Below, piece by piece: positions 43,360 to 53,192 of a stretch of DNA of 64,000 nucleotides (within the stretch, counting starts at the first letter, position 1; every line of letters begins with the position of its first letter). The DNA is from Saccharolobus solfataricus P2 (GTDB lineage: Archaea; Thermoproteota; Thermoprotei_A; Sulfolobales; Sulfolobaceae), in the NCBI RefSeq assembly GCF_000007005.1, contig NC_002754.1. One strand, 5' to 3'. The notes beneath the pieces were generated by a model. The model ran no database searches and was not told the origin of the DNA. It saw only the letters and a list, made by a program, of their open reading frames with translations. Position numbers and translations under genes: made by a program.

Positions 43360-44577
43360 TTATTTATTTAGTGAGCATTTTATAATTTTTGCAACGTTTT
43401 CTGCAACATTATCCCAATTATGAAACTCAATAAACGAGTTAACTCTCTTATCATATATTGCCTCTTGTAAATTTCCGGTTTTAAGTTCATTTTCTACCTC
43501 ATCAACGAATTTTCTTATATCTCCTTCTTTTACAAACTTTACTGCAGGTATATCTTTGAATACAGAATGCACAGTAGGTATAGAATACGCTATTACTGGA
43601 GTCCCTAATGCTAATGACTCTAAAATTGTAATAGAAAATCCGTCGGCTAAAGAAGGATATATAAGAAGTTTAGCTTTAGATACCGTAACGTAAAGTTCTT
43701 TCCTATCTAAAAAACCCAAATATTCTACGTCTAACCCATTATCTCTTATGTAGTTAAAGAATAGTCTCTTAAACTTATCATAAATAAACTTCCCTGAAAC
43801 TTTTGCTCTTACTGATATACCTCTCTTCTTAAGTAAATTGATTATATAGAGAAAGTTTAGAATACCCTTAGGTGGAATTAAAGTAGTCCAGAAGATAACA
43901 TAGTCCTCCTTCTTAGTAGTCCTATATTGCAATAACTCTTTATCAACTCCATTTCCAGGGTATAGGATGTACTTCTCTGAATTTTTTATTTTCACAGAAT
44001 CTAGCGTGCCTTTACTTACTGCAGCTATGAAGCTTAAGTATCTCGATTTACTTATGTAATTAGCTTTACTTCTAGTTAGCAAATAAAGTCCTATAGACCT
44101 CTTTAGAAAATAGTCTAAGGATTGCAAAAAGAACGGACGTAGAGTATAATATGTGTAAAATATGGATTGAGAAAAGGAGTATAACGGCTCGTGAAGCGTT
44201 AAACCTAAAGGTATTCCTACCTTGTTCGAGATGAATATACTCTCTGGAGTAGTATAATCTGGATCGTAAATAAAATCAGAATCTACTTTCTTTACTCTTT
44301 CTGCGTATTCATTATACACGGAGAGAGAATAAGGCAAGAATGAAGGTTTCAAATTACTAAATTTCGATAGAAAGCTAATGAAGTCTGGGATTTTTATACC
44401 GAGTTTTTTTATATTCTCGATCTCCTCATTTATCCTATCATTATTTATAAAAAAACTTATGGAAGGAATAAATTCTACCTCAAAGTACTTCGTAAGCCTT
44501 CTAACAACATTATTAACGTGAACGCTTCCTCCAGAGTAATTTGACCTCAATCCCGAGGTTACTACTGTTATCTTCAC
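43360..44577 (-). CDS. GT4 glycosyltransferase
   Basis: PSLADGFSITILESLALGTPVI. Confidence 0.9.
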   Translation of the reverse strand: MKITVVTSGLRSNYSGGSVHVNNVVRRLTKYFEVEFIPSISFFINNDRINEEIENIKKLGIKIPDFISFLSKFSNLKPSFLPYSLSVYNEYAERVKKVDSDFIYDPDYTTPESIFISNKVGIPLGLTLHEPLYSFSQSIFYTYYTLRPFFLQSLDYFLKRSIGLYLLTRSKANYISKSRYLSFIAAVSKGTLDSVKIKNSEKYILYPGNGVDKELLQYRTTKKEDYVIFWTTLIPPKGILNFLYIINLLKKRGISVRAKVSGKFIYDKFKRLFFNYIRDNGLDVEYLGFLDRKELYVTVSKAKLLIYPSLADGFSITILESLALGTPVIAYSIPTVHSVFKDIPAVKFVKEGDIRKFVDEVENELKTGNLQEAIYDKRVNSFIEFHNWDNVAENVAKIIKCSLNK

Positions 44578-44613
44578 AAATGGCTTTATTGTTTATAAAA
44601 ACTAATAAACTCG

Positions 44614-45627
44614 ATGAGAGTACTATTAATAGCAGGCAAAGATGATTTCAATGAAGACGTGAGTAAAGTCACTGGAATAGGAAGATACGTTAGAGAAGTT
44701 TACGAAGGACTAAAAAAGCAAATAGACGTAGAAGCATATCCTCTTTTTGACTACTCTTCAATCTTCTCCTCTATCAATAGTATAATCAAAGGGACTTTTC
44801 ATGATTACTCTAGTTATGATATAATTCATTTACTTTCACCTAAACCTTTCTTCCCTCTAAGAAAAGGTAAGGCTAAATGGATAACCACAGTCCACGATCT
44901 CTTTTTCCTTAAATATAATGAATCAAAGCCTTCACCTTTTATGCAGAAGATCTATCTAAAGAGTATACTAAGCTCAGATGCAATAATCGCTGTGTCTAGT
45001 TTAGTTAAAGAAGACGTAGAGAAATTAGGTTATAAAAAGAAGATTTTTGTAATAAATCCAGGAATAGGAGAAGAATTCTTCACATCTCCTAAAAAACCAG
45101 AGAAAAAAGATGTGATAAAGATTGGATACATAGGAAGACTTGATAGCGAAAGAAAGGACTTAATTAGGGGGATAGAAGTATTCAGAAAAATAAAGGAAAA
45201 GAACGTTATATTCGAGCTTTGGGGGAATTATAATCCTGATAGTGAGATTTTTAAGAGAATAAAAAAAGAAAGCGAAGAAGACCCAAGAATAAGGATCATG
45301 GGACCTGCACCAGATGAGAAATTAGTTGAAATCTACGATTCATTTGACGCATTCTTCTTCCCCACAAAGGAGGAAGGCTTCGGATTACCTATCGTTGAGG
45401 CGCAAGCGAGAGGAGTTCCGGTAATTGTATTTAAAGACGCTAGGATTCCAGAAGAAGCATGCAATTACTGCATAAGAATAAATGAGGAGTTTCCCCAAAT
45501 AGATTACATTAAATCTTTTAAAGAAAAATATAATGATGCGCTAAGAAAATACGCCAGTAAATTCTCTTTGGGAATCTCCGTTAAAAATATATTGAACTCT
45601 TATGGTAGTATAATGCTAGAATTATAA
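44614..45627 (+). CDS. GT4 glycosyltransferase
   Basis: TVHDL, PTKEEGFGLPIVEAQARGVPVI. Confidence 0.9.
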   Translation: MRVLLIAGKDDFNEDVSKVTGIGRYVREVYEGLKKQIDVEAYPLFDYSSIFSSINSIIKGTFHDYSSYDIIHLLSPKPFFPLRKGKAKWITTVHDLFFLKYNESKPSPFMQKIYLKSILSSDAIIAVSSLVKEDVEKLGYKKKIFVINPGIGEEFFTSPKKPEKKDVIKIGYIGRLDSERKDLIRGIEVFRKIKEKNVIFELWGNYNPDSEIFKRIKKESEEDPRIRIMGPAPDEKLVEIYDSFDAFFFPTKEEGFGLPIVEAQARGVPVIVFKDARIPEEACNYCIRINEEFPQIDYIKSFKEKYNDALRKYASKFSLGISVKNILNSYGSIMLEL

Positions 45628-46102
45628 TGATTGTTACTAAAAATTTATCTCTTAATAGTTATCTATCGTAAAGGCACAAATTATAAAATTTTAATACTCA
45701 AACAAAAATATATGGAGATAATTAGTGAAAAGCCAGTAAATGTACGTATTGGCAAGCACGTTATCATGCTACCCTTATCAGCTATAAGAGAATTCTTGCT
45801 ATATGCAGGAAAAATAAGGTAAATAAACTGTACATAGATAACGATGAAAAATTTATAGTGATAAATTCTGACAAAATATCTATAAATGAAATATGAGGAA
45901 TTGGAGCTTATATCGAAGGCTGGAAATACGAAAATGACCTCTGGGCTTATAATGATGTTAAATTTCCTGAAATTAAATCTGTTTTCATTATGTAAGGAGA
46001 GATTTGCCCTTGTTAAAAGAATTATCTCTTAATGAGTAAAATTAGCTAAATATTGCTGAAGATAAGAAATCTTTTTATTTATATACAATAAGCTATCTCA
46101 TC

Positions 46103-47362
46103 ATGACTAATATGTTAAAGATCAGAGCTCCAAATATTTTTATGAAAGATTACGTAGGTGGGGCTGAATATGTTACGCTTAACTGGTTAAAAAGGTTCAA
46201 AAAGATAGAGTATGAAATTGTACCGGACGTAGATTTGGTCTATCTAGATTTATGCATGAATAAAAAAGTTCAAAAAGATAATATCTTAGAAATTATTGAT
46301 AAATTAAAGTTACATGTAGATAATGTAGTATTAGATTACTATCTGGATTGCAAATTGCATAATAATACTGATATATTTAAAAAAATACTAGACAATGAAA
46401 TTATACTGGACATGAAGATTGGTACAAACGTTAATATATCTCAATTCTTTAATAAACATATTTTAGAATTTATAAATGGTAGACCGGTAGGATATGATTT
46501 TTTATATTATTCATTAAAATATTCTAAGAAATATATTGGTATACTTCAACATCTTGGCGATATACCCATAAGTTTAAAATTCTATATTTATCACTTTAAA
46601 GAATTACTAAATTATCTTGAAAGCCTCGCAGAGTTGATGTACTTATTAGCTAGCGTTATAAGGGAAAAAACATGGGTACAAGCTTTAATACATAATAAAG
46701 ATAAGGTACATCTTTTAACTCCTTCAAGAGGAGCCATTAAGAAAGCGGGATTAGACAAGTTAAATTATACAGTAATTTTTCCTTATGTAGGATTAGATAG
46801 CACAATTTTAAATTATTCATGCAAAAACAAAGATAATTATGCAGTATTTTTTGCAAGACCTTATAGGACTAAGGGAATTCTAGAAGCCATTAAGATTTTC
46901 AAATTGGCTAGAAAAAAAGGATACTTACAGAGGTTATATATTATCGGGGGTAATATAAATGATATTACTTCAAAATATAATAATAAATCCGATATAGTAA
47001 ACCTTGGACGAATCAAAGATAAAAACGAAGTATATAAAATCCTAAGTAAAGCACAGATGAACATTTATCCATCTATATCAGACGCATTTGGTATAACTAT
47101 CCTAGAATCTTTAGCTGTTTATACTCCAGTAATAATGTATTATAATGAGGCTAATTATGAATATTTCTCAAAGTCTAAACTCGTAAAAATAGTAAAATTA
47201 TTTAATAAATACGAATTTTTAAATAAAATAAATGAGATTATAAATAATAATTTGGAAATAGATGAATATACATATAATCTTATTCTATCTCATTTAGACT
47301 GGAACAAAATTGTTAATAATATAGAAGAACACTTGCTTAATATTATAAATGATATTAAATAA
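46103..47362 (+). CDS. GT4 glycosyltransferase
   Basis: PSISDAFGITILESLAVYTPVI. Confidence 0.85.
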   Translation: MTNMLKIRAPNIFMKDYVGGAEYVTLNWLKRFKKIEYEIVPDVDLVYLDLCMNKKVQKDNILEIIDKLKLHVDNVVLDYYLDCKLHNNTDIFKKILDNEIILDMKIGTNVNISQFFNKHILEFINGRPVGYDFLYYSLKYSKKYIGILQHLGDIPISLKFYIYHFKELLNYLESLAELMYLLASVIREKTWVQALIHNKDKVHLLTPSRGAIKKAGLDKLNYTVIFPYVGLDSTILNYSCKNKDNYAVFFARPYRTKGILEAIKIFKLARKKGYLQRLYIIGGNINDITSKYNNKSDIVNLGRIKDKNEVYKILSKAQMNIYPSISDAFGITILESLAVYTPVIMYYNEANYEYFSKSKLVKIVKLFNKYEFLNKINEIINNNLEIDEYTYNLILSHLDWNKIVNNIEEHLLNIINDIK

Positions 47363-47379
47363 TTTCACAAAATACTTGC

Positions 47380-48498
47380 TTGTCATATTTCATTTTTAGA
47401 AAATTAGACATTAATAATTCTTATATATTATTTTTATTGTTTTTGATTTTACTGTCATTACTAGTTCTAAGAGTAACCGCTATAAGACTATATTTAAATC
47501 TTAGTCATGAAGAAGTATACTTAATGAAAGTGATAAATAAATCCAGAGAGACCCTTTATAATATTTATTATACACTATATAAGATTAATGTGTACAGGAA
47601 GATATTCTCCAACTGGTTTTATGTTATCCATAAACTCAGAAAAGGAGAAAAAGACATAGACGTCGTCCTAAAAAATGGGAGTAAAGGAAAGTGCAACATA
47701 AAATGTATATTGACATTAACTACAATAATATCAGAATTTAGCTCTATTAATTCAAGAAAATTTAATTTTGATGATAATAATAGATTATACTATGATAACA
47801 ATTTAATAATTCAAGAAAATAATACCACATGGTTATTATCAATTGGAGGATTTATTAAAAATAATGATTATTGGTTCTTTCCTAAATATAATGTAAAATT
47901 TAATACGATAGGATATGGCATATTTGAAACCTTCATAATAGAACAATATTATACTGAAATACAAGGTGAAGTAATAGATATAGGTGCTAATATAGGCGAT
48001 TCTGCAATTTATTTTGCCTTAAAAGGAGCTTCTCATGTATATGCTTTTGAGCCTTTGCCATTAGTTTACAAAGCAGCATTACAAAATATTAAGTTAAACA
48101 ATTTAGAAAACAAAATTACTCTGATTAATGGCGCAGTTGGATCTAAAGAAGGAAAGGTTAAGGTTCCTCTTAATATTAATCTAGAAGATTCAGGAGGCTT
48201 TTATATAACTAATCAAGGTGATGTTGAGGTTCCACTATTTTCATTCGATGATATTGTAAAAAATATGGTTAAAGATCCATATCTTTTAAAAATGGATTGT
48301 GAGGGGTGTGAGGCAGATATAATACTTAACTCTGATAGTATATCTTATTTTGAGAAGATTTTAGTAGAATCTCATCCGCATATAACTAAAGTTTCTGATA
48401 AAGCATTATTATCAAAACTAAGAAAGCTTAAGTATAAATGTGAAGAGAGATATAGAGTAGGTAAAACAAAACTGTTTTATTGTTCAAAAATCAACTAG
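47380..48498 (+). CDS. FkbM-family methyltransferase (true start possibly ATG 47524)
   Basis: VIDIGANIGDSAIYF, LKMDCEGCE. Confidence 0.85.
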   Translation: MSYFIFRKLDINNSYILFLLFLILLSLLVLRVTAIRLYLNLSHEEVYLMKVINKSRETLYNIYYTLYKINVYRKIFSNWFYVIHKLRKGEKDIDVVLKNGSKGKCNIKCILTLTTIISEFSSINSRKFNFDDNNRLYYDNNLIIQENNTTWLLSIGGFIKNNDYWFFPKYNVKFNTIGYGIFETFIIEQYYTEIQGEVIDIGANIGDSAIYFALKGASHVYAFEPLPLVYKAALQNIKLNNLENKITLINGAVGSKEGKVKVPLNINLEDSGGFYITNQGDVEVPLFSFDDIVKNMVKDPYLLKMDCEGCEADIILNSDSISYFEKILVESHPHITKVSDKALLSKLRKLKYKCEERYRVGKTKLFYCSKIN

Positions 48499-48710
48499 TC
48501 TTTCATTTTAATATTTTATTCGTATAGAGCTAAGAATAAAAATATAATTAAGATAAGAAGCATTCAAAGTAATAGACGTATTAATAGAAAGCCTTATTAT
48601 CATTAACATAAAGATAACCCTACATCTCAGCTGTGTTTTACTCTATATTTAAACTGTAACTATGTGTAATCAAAAAGCTTTAATATTTTCCTTTTAAAGA
48701 ACTAAACTGA

Positions 48711-50120
48711 ATGAATCCTATAAAGAACACTTTAAAGAGTCTTAGTGTAACTACTACCAACGTCATAGTTGCTTTAATCTTCTTCATCATTACAGCTAAG
48801 ATTACTAACCCAGAATTCTTCGGAAAAGTCGCAATAATTCAACTTCTCGAAGTAGTAACTTCTGCCTTCTTTTACTTTATTCCCGGACAAATAATAACGA
48901 GAGAAATTTCTTACCTTTACGCAAGGAAAGAGATAAGCAAGAGCGTAATAGGTAAGTTTCTTTCTTTCCCTTTCCTCGTCTTACCGCTTTTTCTTATTCT
49001 CCTCCTTTTCCCTAATTACGTTAAGTTGACAATACCTTACCTTTTCCTTTACTTGCTTAATGGTGTTATGGGCTCTATAATGGTTGGAATGGACATGTTC
49101 ACTGAGACAGCGATAACGGGGAACATCTTCCTAATAATAAGGTGGGGAATCTCAATAATTGCCGTCCTCTCTCACAACATTTACCTTTTCATTGAAATAT
49201 GGACTTTAGGAGGGATTATCTCAGTCTCCATGAACTACGCTTTTCTAAGTAGGAAAGTGGGGTTAATATTACCTTCTTTTGACTTTGCTTTTCTCTTTAA
49301 GCACTTCAAGGAAGGCTTACCTCTTTATCTATCTTCTTCAGCAACTTTCCTCTCTTCACAAGGTGACAGAGTTACAACTGCTTATCTGCTAGGTTCCTAC
49401 TACCTAGGTTTATACCAGTTTTCTGCTTTAGTAGCTGGAGTACCTTCAATGGTTTTAGGAGCTTTAGGAGGAGTTCTCTTACCTACAGCATCATTTTACA
49501 AGGCTTTGGGAAAAGACGAGAAGAAAATGTCTTCTATCTCCTTCCGCGTGCTGTCTTTAATTACCTTTCTCGCTGTCATTATTTCAATACCTACAGCCGT
49601 TTTGGTCGTTGAGAAATTCTTCCCTGCTTATATTTCCGGAATTAAAGTTCTGATCCTCCTCCTTTTAGCTACTACTTTGCCTTTCCCCATAGGCTCTTTA
49701 ACGAATTTCATTATAGCAGCTAAGAAGTCGTTGAGGCCTTTTCTCATCCTTTCACTACTTAACGGAGGTCTGGTTTTATTAACTTCTTTCCTCTTAATTC
49801 CTAGAATAGGAATAATTGGTGGAGCGATTTCTCAGGCTATCGTATCGACAATCTCCTCTTCCTTCGTCTTAGTTTACGCTTTAAAGGAAGATACTTTCGT
49901 TTTGGGCAAGAGGGAGAGTGCCATATTGTTCATGATGCCTTTAATAGCTTTTTATGAGGTTTTTGTAGACCCTCCTTATCTTGACTTTCTTTTACTTCTC
50001 TCCGTTATACTCCTTTTTAAGACATTTAGGATAATTACTGCTGAAGACATGAAATTGATAGACTCTTTTTTGCCATCTAAATTGAAGTTCATTATCTCGT
50101 TAATGAAGGCAATCAGTTAG
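48711..50120 (+). CDS. Wzx/MOP-family polysaccharide flippase
   Basis: About 12-14 TM segments, FGKVAIIQ, DRVTTAYLLGSYYLGLYQ. Confidence 0.85.
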   Translation: MNPIKNTLKSLSVTTTNVIVALIFFIITAKITNPEFFGKVAIIQLLEVVTSAFFYFIPGQIITREISYLYARKEISKSVIGKFLSFPFLVLPLFLILLLFPNYVKLTIPYLFLYLLNGVMGSIMVGMDMFTETAITGNIFLIIRWGISIIAVLSHNIYLFIEIWTLGGIISVSMNYAFLSRKVGLILPSFDFAFLFKHFKEGLPLYLSSSATFLSSQGDRVTTAYLLGSYYLGLYQFSALVAGVPSMVLGALGGVLLPTASFYKALGKDEKKMSSISFRVLSLITFLAVIISIPTAVLVVEKFFPAYISGIKVLILLLLATTLPFPIGSLTNFIIAAKKSLRPFLILSLLNGGLVLLTSFLLIPRIGIIGGAISQAIVSTISSSFVLVYALKEDTFVLGKRESAILFMMPLIAFYEVFVDPPYLDFLLLLSVILLFKTFRIITAEDMKLIDSFLPSKLKFIISLMKAIS

Positions 50121-50488
50121 TAAATAAATTATTGGAATTCTTCTAGTTAACTGAGAGATTTTAGTGTCATAACATTTTTATCTCCTACAAGAGAGGAATT
50201 TTGTATTACTTGCTTAAAGATTTAGTAAAAACTTAACGTGTAGTAGTTTTTACGGAAATTTCTCTTACTTAAATATCCTCATTCTTTTATACATCAATAA
50301 ATCTTATTTATTTTAGATGATAATATTTTAGGCTTTACAGTAAATAATTTAACTTCTCTTTCATTTTATAAAATTATTTTTAACGTTACATAATTACTGT
50401 AAGGATTTTCGTAGAAACCGTGGCGTAACTTTTCCTCTAATTCCACCACGGGCTAAGGGATCATACACACTCACCCTTCGAGGGAAAC

Positions 50489-50889
50489 ACCTATATAGGT
50501 TATATTAGCCGGGGAGAGTAATACTCCTCGGCTGGGGAAACGTGGTCGAGAGGGAAACTGAAGTAAAATCTTCGGGTAGCGGCGTGACAAGCCCCTACCG
50601 TCGGACTGAACATTGTGATAAAATTCACGAATATAGGTGTGACAAAGGGGTAGGGGTAATAGGACGTATCAAGAGATCATTTAATTACAAGTAGGGGGAG
50701 GGTGAGGAAGTACGAGAACAATAAAGAGGGTTATGAAGAAATCCTCAAGATGAAACCTTGTACAATAGTCCTAGAGCCCACTGGAGTATACGCAATAAGA
50801 CCTTCACAATACTTCAAGGAGAGGGGGATAAGAGTACTACAAGTTAGTCCAAACATACTATCGAGGGAGAAGGAGTTTAGGGGGAAGAA
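50489..50889 (+). mobile_element. IS110-family element, left end plus 5' third (copy C2)
   Basis: Closely similar to 23399-23850; truncated after EKEFRG. Confidence 0.9.
50507..50656 (+). ncRNA. Predicted bridge RNA of IS110 copy C2
   Basis: 5' hairpin 50507-50533; target loop 50545-50588; donor loop 50600-50643; guides match the left flank and the circle junction. Confidence 0.75.
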
Positions 50890-51693
50890 TCTTATCATCG
50901 ACATCAAAAATAAACGGTGTATAAAAATCTATTAATGGTGTATTATACTTATCCTTCGGTAAATCATTAGCAATTCTTTCTATAGCATCATTAAGACTTA
51001 CATTTGCTAATTTTCTTAATAAAGAATCATTTAAATAATATAAAAATATTTTAGTTATAGCATAAACTCCCTCTAAATCCTTTAGGGTCTTATAATCAGA
51101 ATAAAACGGATTATACAAGCGAATTAATACAACATTATCCAGTAAAGCTAATAAAGCACCTCGCAGATGAGCATGTATACTTATATCGTTTGCAGAGATC
51201 CAGCTCCTTTGAGCCATAAACCTATTAGCGTCTATTAATGCAACGAATTCATCACTACTTAAGTTCTCACATTTGTTAATATTCTCTTTAGCACATCTAA
51301 TAATTTTCTCTTTAATCCTATCATATATTTTGTTTCCGTATTTATAGTTTAGAAAGTACTTCACATATTCCTCGGCTTGTTTCTCAAATTGTTCTGTAAA
51401 ATTAACAACAAAAAGGTTTCCCTCACTATCTATATAAAATATCGGAGATAAGGTGATCGGATTTAAAATTATTGAGGGTAGTTTTTCAAGACTGTCTCTA
51501 AGACGCACGTTTTTTTAGCAAATTCACTAGTTTGCTCACTAATACTAGCTGTAATATCACAGTCTCTTCTCTCTTGTCCACCCCTCACTATAATACTTTT
51601 AAAGAGATCATGAAGATAACAAGATAAATAATTATTATTAATAAATTCCTTAAGATATTTTCTAAGTATCTCATCATGATTAATACTTCCCAT
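50890..51693 (-). pseudogene. cas10-like gene fragment (HD domain plus start of first palm), frameshifted and truncated
   Basis: YLHDLFK HD motif; ANDISIHAHL resembles the Cas10 (P/N)D(I/V)SLxxH motif; KTLKDLEG resembles KxLRDLxG; frame break at the A7 run 51510-51516. Confidence 0.5.
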
Positions 51694-51946
51694 GTAAATA
51701 TATAACTGGGTTTAATGTTTAAAAGGATTAACAACTGATATAGAATGCCAATCATACGAAGAACTTCATAATTTAATGTTTTTCATGTCACTCTTTTTAT
51801 GTCCAATAATGTTCATTTATTTGAAATTACCTTAAAACTGCTCGTCAGTATGAGAATCTCTTTTTTCACGTAAAAAACGAGATGAATAAAATACATAAAA
51901 ATTCTGGTTTATGCTAATTTTTGGAGAAAAGTTTGAGACCGTGGAG

Positions 51947-53011
51947 TTAAGCTAACTTTTCCATAATTTCCGTTAGCTTAATTGCGTGGTTTCTCCAAGA
52001 GTATTTCTTACCTGTTTCTAAAGCGTTAATTGAAAGACTTCTTCTAAGCTTATGATTCTCTAAAACCTCGTTTATTCTGTCTACAGCCTCCTTCCAGTCT
52101 TTTACCACATAACCGTTTTCCCCTTCAATTACGAACTCCTTTCCTCCTATTCCGTCATTTACTATTACAGCCGTACCATTACATAGGGACTCCAAAACAG
52201 CCATACCAGGTCCTCTTTCATCGAATCCAAAGCGTATAGTTAAGGACGCTTTTTTATAAAGTTCCCTCAGTTTATCTTCACTAATCCTACCAGTTACTAT
52301 AACTTCTGGGTATTTTCTTTTAAACTCCTCCATAGTATCCCTTCTTGCCCAGGATCCCGCCATTATTAACCTTCCCTTTATTCTTTTAGCTATCTCACCG
52401 TAAATTTCTGGTCTCCTCCCCTCATCCCACATTGATACCGCTAAAACGAAATTTTCCTTATCTTCTTCAACCTCATCTATTGTGTAACAACCTGGATATA
52501 ACACTTCAGCTCCCATACCTTTATCCTCTAGAACTCTTTTGTTCCATTGTGAATTTGTAAGTATGATTTTAGCACCTTCTAATACTTTTCTTTCCATTAC
52601 CTTAGGTATTAGATATTTAATACCCTTTAAAGTTAAAGAAGTCTCATGAAGATATATCGCGTAATCTTCTCCATGAAATACCTTACGTAAATAACCAGTA
52701 ATCCCAGCAAATTGATCGTGAAACAACGCGGGTTCCTTAATAATTCTAGATGCCTTAACTATAAGATCTAAATCCACAGTTGCTTCATCACCCCTATTTT
52801 TAGCGTAAATTTCCGTTATCTTCCTAAAGAGAGGTGTGAGGAATCCTTTCTCTCCTTTCCTTCTCAAGAACTCAACGTATATTCCACTGAGATCGTAATT
52901 GTAAAAGGATTCTCTATATACTAATAACTTAGCCTTAGCGTTCCTAGCCTGTTCCACTGCAATTCTGGCAACTCCTCCGTTCCATAAAACCCTTAAAGCG
53001 ATAGTAAACAT
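51947..53011 (-). CDS. GT4 glycosyltransferase
   Basis: GFDERGPGMAVLESLCNGTAVI. Confidence 0.85.
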   Translation of the reverse strand: MFTIALRVLWNGGVARIAVEQARNAKAKLLVYRESFYNYDLSGIYVEFLRRKGEKGFLTPLFRKITEIYAKNRGDEATVDLDLIVKASRIIKEPALFHDQFAGITGYLRKVFHGEDYAIYLHETSLTLKGIKYLIPKVMERKVLEGAKIILTNSQWNKRVLEDKGMGAEVLYPGCYTIDEVEEDKENFVLAVSMWDEGRRPEIYGEIAKRIKGRLIMAGSWARRDTMEEFKRKYPEVIVTGRISEDKLRELYKKASLTIRFGFDERGPGMAVLESLCNGTAVIVNDGIGGKEFVIEGENGYVVKDWKEAVDRINEVLENHKLRRSLSINALETGKKYSWRNHAIKLTEIMEKLA

Positions 53012-53192
53012 TACATATTATTTAAAAAAGGGCTTAAATATAAAAGTTAACGTAAACTAACTGATAGGTTTTACGGCTTCCTCACGTCTTAAAAGGGCTA
53101 AGATTTCCTCCAGAGAGCTTATCGCCCTATCATCAATTCAGCTTTTATTTGGTGGTAGACGAGATGGTCACTGACTTTCTCACCGCCCTGAA

